Below are positions 19,988-30,300 of a DNA stretch of 64,000 nucleotides, piece by piece. Each line of letters opens with the position of its first letter. Position 1 is the first letter of the stretch. The DNA is from Candidatus Omnitrophota bacterium (GTDB lineage: Bacteria > Omnitrophota > Gorgyraeia > Zapsychrales > Fredricksoniimonadaceae). A program made the position numbers and the translations under genes. The DNA is taken from the NCBI GenBank assembly GCA_015232565.1, contig JADFZK010000008.1, positions 2,580-66,579 on the forward strand, written 5' to 3'. The notes under the pieces were generated by a model. It was not told where the DNA came from, ran no database searches, and saw only the letters and a program-made list of their open reading frames with translations.

Positions 19988-21313
19988 ATGACAGAGGCCC
20001 CCCAGATATTTTACGGTATTCCTGCTTTGGGTTCCTTTCTGGCCGTTTTGTGTTTGATCTTTGGCTGGCGGGCCGGGAAACGACAGTGGTTGCTGAACAG
20101 TTTGCCGACCAGTAAAACCACCGGGGTCTTTATTGGTGTCGTTGAGCTTAAGGGTTCCGCCGAAGTGGAAAACCCGCAGGTTAGTTATCTGGCCGGAATT
20201 CAATGTGTTTATTATCACTGGAATGTCAGCGAGCACTGGTCAAGAACTGTGCAGGAAAGTTATACCGATAGCAAAGGTCAGACACGAACAAGGACTAGAA
20301 CTGAACATGGACAAACCGTTGTGGCGCAAGGCGGGGAGGAGCCGCCGTTTTACTTGAAGGATGATTGCGGTATTATTCGTGTCCAGCCAGCGGGCGCGGC
20401 GATTGAAGGCAAGTTAGTGTTTGATCAGACCTGCGGTCAGGGTGACCCTTTATATTACGGCCGCGGTCCGCAAATTACGGTACCACATTCGGATCATCGG
20501 CGTACTTTTACAGAATTCGCGATCCCTCTTCATGAATCATTGTATGTTATGGGGCAGGCGCGTGAGCGGGCAGATATTGTGGCGCCCGAGATAGCCGCTG
20601 ACAAGCGTACGCCGATCTTTTTGATCTCCACTCGTTCCGAAGGGCAGATCTCAAGCGGTTTTAAGCAAACATTCTGGTGGCTGTTTGTGCTCGGTGGTAT
20701 TTGCGGTACGGGGAGCCTGTTTGTCCGTGACCTGTATATGCAGATTGGCCTGGGAGCGGATTTGGTGCTATTAGTCGGGTCAGGATTTATGTATGTCTTT
20801 ATCTGGCTTGTGGGCTGCGCCTGGATTCTTTACAATAACCTGGTTGAGCTCCGTATGCGCGTTCGCCAGGCATGGGCAAATGTGGATGTGCAGTTAAAAC
20901 GTCGGAATGAGTTAATCCCCAATCTGGTTAATGCGGTTAGCGGGCTTAAGGACTACGAACTAAATGTGCAATCATCGCTGGCCTTGTTGCGCGGTCAGTT
21001 ATTGGCAACGGCTCCGGGCCAGCCGGGTTTTGATTTTGTGGGGTGTGTTCCTAAAATCAAGGCGATGGTTGAGGTATATCCGCAACTTAAGACCAATGAG
21101 TCATTTTTAAATTTGCAAAAGCAGTTGTCTGATACGGAAGAGCGCATTGCTTTAGCGCGGGCCTATTTTAATGATGTTTCATCTTTCTATAATGCCAGGC
21201 TCGAGAGCTTGCCAGATATTTATATTGCGTTGATGGCCGGAATGGAAGCCCAGGCTCTTATGACAGCTGATTCGTTTGAACGGGCCCCCATTAAAGTGCA
21301 GTTGGCTCAGTAG
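19988..21313 (+). CDS. LemA-family protein with about 250-aa N-terminal TM-flanked extension
   Basis: C-terminal 190 aa carry the LemA core (LVELRMRVRQAWANVDVQLKRRNELIPNLV...ARAYFNDVSSFYNARLESLPDIYIA). N-terminal part is TM1 (aa 8-30), a soluble Ser/Thr/Gly-rich domain, then two TM helices. Confidence 0.65.
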   Translation: MTEAPQIFYGIPALGSFLAVLCLIFGWRAGKRQWLLNSLPTSKTTGVFIGVVELKGSAEVENPQVSYLAGIQCVYYHWNVSEHWSRTVQESYTDSKGQTRTRTRTEHGQTVVAQGGEEPPFYLKDDCGIIRVQPAGAAIEGKLVFDQTCGQGDPLYYGRGPQITVPHSDHRRTFTEFAIPLHESLYVMGQARERADIVAPEIAADKRTPIFLISTRSEGQISSGFKQTFWWLFVLGGICGTGSLFVRDLYMQIGLGADLVLLVGSGFMYVFIWLVGCAWILYNNLVELRMRVRQAWANVDVQLKRRNELIPNLVNAVSGLKDYELNVQSSLALLRGQLLATAPGQPGFDFVGCVPKIKAMVEVYPQLKTNESFLNLQKQLSDTEERIALARAYFNDVSSFYNARLESLPDIYIALMAGMEAQALMTADSFERAPIKVQLAQ

Positions 21314-21390
21314 CAGGATCCTACCTTTTTGGGCTCTTTTGCCCGTTATCATTAATTAGTTCCCCAAAATAAGTACTTCAGTTCTTCAAA

Positions 21391-24300
21391 TTGTTACGGC
21401 CAATCGAAAGCGTTATTTCTGCTATAAACTTGTATAGAATGAGAAATTGTGGCAGAAAGGCTTATCATAGTGTATCTTTTATACATATAACAGGTGCTAT
21501 AAGCTTTTTAATAAGAGAATCATTTATGCAATGGTTTGGTTTTACTCACTGCAAGTTGCCCAAGATATTACAGCGCAGAATAATTGCGTCTGGTGTTTTA
21601 TTGACTTTCCTGCTCTCAAACGGGATCGCGCCGGTTCACTATGCCCAGGCCCAGGAAATGTTCCAGCCGGTTGCCGGCCTTGTGCAACTGGGCACGCGGG
21701 TTAGTTTAAGCGCGGCATTTGCTCCGCCGCTTTTAAAAGGCGTTAAGGTTTATCCCGATAATCCTTTTCGGCTCGATTTCATTCTGGATAAAGGCGATGC
21801 AGGGGCCGATCAGGCGCCGCTTGTTGAACAGGGTAAGTCCGGAGCTAACTTGAGAGCGGAGTCAACCCGCCTGATCAAATACTTCCTCGCATCGATCACA
21901 GTCCCCGAGAAAGACCTGTGGGTAAATCTTTCGCCGTATGAGAAAGATCGGATCGTGCCGGATGCTTTTGGCAGAACAGAGATGGGTCGCGATCTTTTGA
22001 GCCAGGACTATTTGCTCAAGCAGATCACTGCATCCGTGATTTATCCGGAAGGCGAGGTGGGCAAGGCCTTCTGGGCCAAAGTTTATGAAGAAGCACGGAA
22101 GCGTTTTGGCACGACCGATATTCCCGTGGATACCTTTAACAAGGTTTGGATCGTGCCAGAGAAGGCCGTGGTTTACGAAAGCCAGGACTCGGCTTATGTG
22201 GTGGAAACCCGCCTGAAAGTAATGCTGGAAGCCGATTATTTAGCGACGTCGACCAACGCAATGCCAACCCGGGGACATGATGCCCCGCCAGCGGATCTAA
22301 ACGAGCGGGGCTTCGTGTCCCCAAGCCGTCTGCCAACCTCTCAACCAATGAATGTGAAAGCGACCCAGGTCTCAACCCCAACGCCAATTGAACTAAGCAA
22401 CCCAAACGAGCAAAACGACATTGCCAAGAACGTCCTGCGCGAAATCGTGATCCCGATCTTGGAAAAAGAAGTTAACGAAGGCAAGAATTTCGCACAGTTA
22501 AGGCAGGTCTACAATTCGCTCATTCTGGCGGTCTGGTACAAGGATAAAATTAAAGAAAGCCTCTTCGGTAAAGCTTACGTCGACCGGAATAAAACCGGCG
22601 GAGTTGACATCGAAGATAAAGCGGCCAAGGATAAGATTTGGGCGCTGTATGTGGAAGCGTTCAGGAAGGGTGCGTATAATTACATCAAGGATGAATTGGA
22701 TCCAGTGACGCAAGAGACTGTGCCGAGAAAATATTTTTCTGGTGGAATGGTTCTTGGCGAGATTAGAAAAGCATATGTGCATGAATCTGTTGTGCGTAAA
22801 AGCCCATCTGATTTGGCAAGTTTATCAGCGAATCGTAATAATAACATAAAGGTCTTGGTTAACCTTGATGCGACAATGAAGAATTTTGATCACGCAGAAA
22901 GATCTTTGGGCTCTATGGATCAAAGCAGTGGAACACATGAATTTCACCAGGAGACTCATAATGCAACAGGAATGATCACAGAGCTTATGGTCGCGAGGCG
23001 GGACGAGACTGAGAAGATCAAGGGACTTATGGCCCGACTAATTAATATGTTGTGGAAGGTTGATCAAACGGAGCGGCAAAATATCGGTCAAACGCTTTCG
23101 GTCCTGTCAAAAGATCCGTTCTATGAAACGATCCTGCGCACAATTGGCGGTGGAAAGATGGTCGGGCTGCTTCGGCTGATCCCGCTCGAAGAAGAATTTA
23201 ATTTTAAGGTGCCCGAATTCTGGGTTGTTCCTTCAAGTTTGTACAAACAAGAAACTATTAATGGTCGAGGAACTGACCACATTAATTATTCCGTAAATTA
23301 TGAAGCCCTTCATCAATTTTTCACAGACTTGCACCTTGTGCCAGGGGCGTATATTGTCAGGAGTTCCTCCGAACTTGAAGATGATCCGAAGTGGATCATG
23401 CGGGGTGGGTACAGATCCGGATTCATTGTCAAACATGATTCTGTTCAAGACCAGAAGCCTGGCGTCGAGTGGAGGGTTGACGATATAGACGGGCGGTTTT
23501 TTTATGAAATGTTTGATGCTGTTATCCGTAGTGCAGGTGAGCGAAAGATATTGGATCTCTCTGGAAAGCCGATCGAGCAACTTGACAGAATGTTCGTTTT
23601 ATTGCAGAAGGCGCCTTCCCGTCGTTTCAAGTTTACTCTTGCTAGTGTTGGGGGCAGGTCCTATCAGCAACAGCTTTACGCACCAGAGGTTTCAGGCGTT
23701 ACCAAGCACCATCCCTACAAGTTAGACCAAGTGGTCTCTGACTATACTCCTGGCCTTAATACCACTGTCCGCGGAGAAAGTCGGACATATATTATTACAG
23801 ACACAAAGACCGGGCGAGAAAGATTTTCCGAAGATGGAATTATTTCGAGGTATGCCAGAGTGCTTGAGGCACTGGAATGTCCTATCCAGAGTGATGGAGC
23901 AAAACACATAAGCATCGACCTGGATGACTTCTCGGTTCCGGCAGATATCACAAGAAGTTTTAATGTGACAAATGAGATGATAAGGAATGAGCATGCAAAA
24001 CTTGGGGGTGTTTTGGCACGATTGGAAATAGAGTTCGGCCCTATGGAACTTGAATGGTCGTTTGAAGATGGAAGGTTATTCATCTATCAGGCTACTCCCA
24101 GCAAACGGCACTGGGAATTATTACGTCTTCCGGTTGAGATAAAGCAAGTGCCAGCGGAAATCCTTGTTGCCTCATCCAAAGATGCTTTTGGTAACAAAGA
24201 ATTCACGGGCCCTCTTGTTTGGGTTAAGGAAGCTCTGTCCTCATCCTTGGCTGGAGTAATTGCAGTGCGGTTTCCGCAAGGATTCATTCTGGTCTGTGAC

Positions 24301-27300
24301 CGTCAGATACTATCGGATAGTACGCATGGCAACAATCCTGATGGAATGACATTCCGAAGGTTGGATACGATCAGGGGTTGGATCGATACCTCTGGTCAGC
24401 CGGTAACGGTTGGCGCCCATTATTCTGATGACCTGACGCGCAAGAAGATCGCCGTTGTTCCTGACAAAACTTTGGACCAAGCGCGTCTTGAGAAATTGTG
24501 TCCTTTGGTTCTGATTAATCGAGACCTCGATGAGGGAATTCGCTTTAGTGAAGGCGATTTTCGTATCGCCGTCAATGCAGTAACTGGTGAAGGCCAGGTG
24601 CATCGCGTTTTGTCATCTGACGGGTCTATGAATGTGCATTCTGATCAGAGCTTGATCGTTCGCGCTGGACTTGACGCCGCTATGAGTAAAGATAGTGGGC
24701 GGCTGAAAGAAATAGCCCATAACAGATTGGTAAATTATGAGCCTCTGCAAGAAGGCCGTAACATGGCGGATAAAGACAACGCGAATTCTGACATGGCGAT
24801 AACGGCTGAAGACTTTGAGACGCGGTTGCGGCAGATATTGGCTATAAAGAAGGATGGAACAAGGTCCGGCGTTGTTGATATTGGGCCAAGGCGTTTTAAG
24901 TATACGATGTCGACAAAGTATCAATCTCCGATCTATTTCCGGGCCGGGGATATTTTTGTCGTTAACGACGAAGATCTCAGGGGAAGGGCTGGTTGGCTTA
25001 ACAGCAAGAGAGTCGCGGCATTGGCAAGTTTGCTTAAGAAGTATCCGAAAGTCATTCGTCTTCATGAAACAATGGCGTCGCCAACCGGGGGTTGGAATAG
25101 TTATGTTCAGGGAGGAACATCGCCCAACTATATAGAGAATACGATCGGGGTCTTGATTTTGATGCAGTCTATTCAGGAGGATATTTCCGGTAAAACCGTT
25201 ATCGATCTTGGATCTCGCAATGCGCTGATTGCGAATGCCGGTTTTCTTCTTGGCGCACAGAAAGTTGTGCTGGTTGAAAATGATGTTCAAAATGTTCGCT
25301 TGCTGCCAGGCGAGGGGAAACAATATGGACTCGATGGATTTGATTCCATTGATTTAATGCGGTTGAATCTTTTGATCAACGGTAACAGTGCGCGGGAATT
25401 GGAGATCTTCGAGAGGGGCCTGGCTGAAGTCCCTCAGGCGGACCGCCGGGGGGCAGTTTTGATATTCAATTTTCCTGATTACGGATATGGTTATCAAAAG
25501 GCTTCCGCTACGAAGACGTACAATCAATATTTGGAACAACTGCGCAAAGGTCAGGGCCGTTCTTTCGGGGCATTGGGGGTAGCGGTTATGGGTAGCTCTA
25601 TGAAAAAGACTGCGCGACCCCGCAGTCTTTTACGCGACAGTTTGAAGGTGTTTGGGAAGTCCGGGATTCTAATCGCCGGCGGCGGGAAAGGGGTCGGGCG
25701 GTATCACGACCAGTTGATCAGTGAAGCTAAGCGGTTAGGTTTGGATCTGGAACTAGAGATTGGCACGGATTGGAGAAAGGAGCCAGACCGATTTCTGAGC
25801 GCGGGCACGGTTATATTTCGTCCCAGCAAGTCATTAGGAAAGAGAACGCTTACGAAGAGTGCCGATATGGTAATGCTTCAGGTTAAGTTGGACGCGGCGC
25901 AAGAGAGTCGGCGGGGGCAGATCGTGACCAGCTATGGAGAAACGTTTGATGACTTTTTCAGGCGGGCCGGTCCCTTCTTGCTGGCAAAGCTGCTGTTTAG
26001 CGATATAAAACAGAAGTACCGTCTGGATGAACTTTACGATCCGCGGTTATGGCAACCGAAAGAAGGAGAACTGACTTACCGGCAAGAATATGCGGCCATG
26101 ACGCTGGATGAACTGGGGCTGGCATTAAAGGCCCTGGGGCGAAAAGGACTTAAGGCATTCTTGGAAGGGAACATAAATCCTTTTCTCCGCTCTCAAGGTT
26201 CAGGCACAGAACTTATAAAGATGTTTATTGATCATTTGGCTAGTGGTCATAGGGACGTGCCAGGGTATTATCTAGTGCATCTTGCGAACACGCTTCCGTA
26301 TGGTTTGCCATTTAGCTATTGGGATCCTCAACAATCTCCGTGGAAAAAGGGTGACAAGAAAGATCTTGAGAATGGCTTGCGCGGGTTTGCTATTTATCAT
26401 GAGATTGCTGAACGCTGGTCCAAGCCCGACCGCGCGATGGCGGCCTCAACGGATATGGCGGCGAAGAATAAGTACTTTGATAATGCATCGCCAGACGTTT
26501 TATCAGGTATTGATTTTGAAGCCGGGAATGAGCCAAAGCATATTGGGGAATTATTTCGAAATAATGGCTCAGAGGATGTGACGGACAAAGAAGAAATCGC
26601 TTTGTTGAATATTTCTAGTGCATTAGACACATATTCTGGCCGGGTAAAGTCGATTATGCCGATGCCTGATGATATGTGGATGGCGTCTTCAAGTGACCAA
26701 AATAAACAACGTGTAACAATGGCCGCGGGGCAGGCGTATTTCGATCTGGTTGAACGAGTGGCCGCTTCCCTGACCGATTTAAATGGCGGCAGACCGATCA
26801 ATATTGATTATCCGGTTGCCGGCACTGATAGCGTTTGGGGGTATTTCACAAATACTCATCGAGTTAATGACCGGGGAGAATCTTTCGAGTGGGGTCATGA
26901 TTTCTGGCAGAGATTTGCGGGTGACAGAAGACTGCAGGGTAAGGAAAGTGTGGCGGATGTTACCAAACCGGGTGTGAATCTTTTTGATGATGGCAGGGCA
27001 GGGGGCAGAGTCTTTGTATTTAAAGGCATGCGTCATTTGCTAGTTAAAACCGAAAGTTACATAAAACAGGTTCTTGCACAGTTGGCTGTTGGCGATAAGA
27101 TTCTAATTCTGTCTAGTATGGATGATGCCCTGGTAGCTGGATTAGCCAGGCAGTACGGATATAGGGAGCTCATTCGTCGTGATGGGCTGTATGCTGTAAC
27201 AACCAACAAATTTGGAATATTGGCTGTTGGTGGAGAGGTCTTCTTGATGCCGGACACTTTTGTTTTGATGGAGAAAGGCTCTGAAGCTGACCTGTCCATG

Positions 27301-30300
27301 CGTACGCATTTTGACCAGAACGCTAGCACGCGCACAAAACCTGATGCATCGATGAATAAAGACAGTGGGCGGCAAGCAAAACAAGTTCCTGACAGTTCGG
27401 CGAGTTTTGCGCTTTTGGGCGATAGCCTTAACCAGGCGGGTGAAACCTCATCTACGATCAGAACAGATTCGGGTCGGGATTATGCTCAATTAAAAACAAA
27501 CCCTGGATCGATCCCGGAGTTGTTTTTCGAGCAGTCGTTCAAGAATGACGAGGTGCGGAAGTTGTGGCGCTATGTTGACACAGAGATCAAGAAGCATGAT
27601 CCATTTATTGAACAAAAAAGTGAGGGGACACTGGTTAAGTCCTATAGCTATATGAATAGAGTTTTGCATTCTATAGATTCCAAGGTTAGCAATGGGGCTG
27701 TACGTTTGGTTAACGATCTACGGCTACTTAAGGCAGATGGGCCAGATTTGGAGCAGAAAGAGCCGTTACGTATTGGAGTGTTAGCTCTGACGGCTAATCC
27801 GCTTAACTGGGCTCACATTATGGCCGTCTTAAAATATATCGATGACGAGAACGCCAATGGCGTTGTCCTTCTTGTGCAGGGAGGTATGCAGTATAAGGAT
27901 CTTCCCGAGAGTGATCGGGTACCGGAAAAGGTGCGGCATGGGCTCGCCAAACGGGTGGTTGGCCATTTGGAGCCGCTTATTTGGTATACAGATGTTGGCA
28001 AGGGTAACGAGAATATCGGCGAGTTTAATGTGCACGAGTTATTGGCTTTGAATCCGAACCGGAAAATTGAACTGGATTATTTGGCTGGTACCGAAACCCG
28101 GGAAAGAACCTATGGTGTAATATGGCATTTTGTCGAGGGAGTAAAGAAGTTTGGCCTCCGTCCTGGTCATACGGTTGCCTTGCGCCTGGTGGCTATTGGT
28201 GAGTTTGGCCGTCAGGTTATGACCAATGAACGGTTGCAGGCGATGCTGGCTGAAGTTAGCGAGGAACAAAATTATTCGGGAGTTCCGTTAAAAGCGAAAG
28301 TGGTGGAGTATCCTGAAGAGCTGGTTATCCATTCTACCGATTATCGCCGGGGAGACCGCAGTCTGGTGCCGTCCGAGATCGACCATTATGCTCAGAGAAT
28401 GGGGTATTATGGTTATCCGCCGCGGGTATTGCGTAAAGGTCGATGGGTCTCGCTTTCTATGGATGAAGCCATTAAGGAACGCATGATGCCTTTGGTGCGT
28501 CAGTTGGCGAAACATATTCAGTCGAAATCCGGGCAAGGTATGGTCGTTACAATTGACGGTAACTCGGCGTCCGGGAAGTCTCTGGTAGGCGAATTGTTAC
28601 GTCAGGAACTCCGTTATAGGGGGCGTTTTGCTGAACTCTGGGGCCTTGACACGAGGCTTAAAGATCATGCTTACAGGCATGCGATCCAAAAAAGAGTAGT
28701 CGGGGAAAGTCTTTCTGCAAATGAGGAGGCATTGCTTTCGGCGAAAGAAAATGAGGGGTTGCGTTCAGGGCAGATCTATACGGAAGAATCCGCGTTCTTT
28801 GATAATGAAGATATCAGGAGTAAATTATCTGCTGTTCACGATTTCTTTCAAAGTGGTCGAGATAGATTTATCTTAAGGGTTGAGGATCCATATGATCAGC
28901 AGACAAAAACAGTATTGAGATCTCCGCTGGAGATCCCTTTGCAAGAAGGATCCGTTTTGATAGTTGAAGGCAAATATGCCCATTTACCAGAATTGCAACA
29001 GTATTCGGACTTAAAGGTCCGTGTGTTGGATGATGAGGATAGTGTGCGCGTTCGCTTTGAGTTGCGAACACGCAAGCAGAGTCCCAATGATGCGGATCGG
29101 CAGTTGGTATTCTTTCGTTGGGGTTTGACGCCTAGTTTTAACGTTTATTCTCAAGCGACACAAAATAGCATCGACGCAGTGTTTGATGTTAGGCCGGATG
29201 ACGCTGATAGTTGGCGACTGGACATTAAGGATTTTGCTGGTAATGCGGGGAAAGGTGGCCCTATTGGCAACGGAGGTGTCGAATTAGCCCGTAACGAGAA
29301 GGGCCTGCAGGCTCGTCATTTGGCTGAAGACTTGGTACATCGTGATTCATTATTAGATGGAGGCACTGATTTATCTAAGAAACCAGGATCGTCTGATAAG
29401 AATTTACATCCTGTGAAGCGTCAAGAAGTGGTTAAACAAATTCAGAAAGCATTCCCTTTCCATTCTAAAAGATTAGCAGGCGATCGTGAGATAGGATTGA
29501 TGGCTATAGGCCGGGAAGATTTTATGTTTCTTGGGCAAGTAACAAACTTTAACAATCATGCTAGTTTGCTTGATGGAACAACATATGCTGTCAAGGCAGA
29601 CGAAGTAAGCCTTCCCTGGATCAAGATAGATTTGATACGTGACAGAATCGGCAATCTGCGAAAAGTGGTATTGGTTGCTCCCAATCTTAGTAATCCACGG
29701 GTACAGATGTCTGAGAATTATCTTCGGGATATCTGGGGAGGAAAACGTGAGGAACTTCCAATAGATAATCTCGAGCCCAGTTATGTTAAAAGATTATCTA
29801 TTCAGATCGGGATGGCCGCCCGTCTTTTACTTGAGGCATGGGGAGAGCGAGAAGCCTGGGAGGTTCCGGTGGAGATTGATTTCCCCGGGTTTATGAATGC
29901 ACAGACGCTTGGTGAAGTGGCAACTGCCGACTTAACAGCCGAAAATGAAGATAATGAAATACATAAACTTTATCCCATGTCCCGTTCCAAAGCCCTTAAA
30001 TACCTAAGGGAAATATTCCGTGGTGGCGATTCTCACGTGATAGGAATGTGTGCTGTTGATGGTGATAATCGTTTTTTGATGGCTTTCGACTTTCCGGTTA
30101 CCAACACACATCATATGTTCTTGTTGTCGGATACGCCTTACGAGGAAGATCATTACGCTTTTATGAATCTGGATCTTACTTTTAAGAATCGTTCAATTTA
30201 CAGCTTGCGTATTATGCCTCCTTTCTACAGAAATCCGCGGGAAGAAATTTCTCCAGATCTTAGAAAGTTTAAGGGTATCACTAACTCATCGCACTTGCCG

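Noticed and set aside
24613-25323. 236-aa minus-strand ORF (and many 60-130 aa antisense ORFs) inside the giant gene
   Set aside because: Fully embedded antisense to a long, coherent coding frame with recognisable domains. Low-complexity translations. Typical shadow ORFs.
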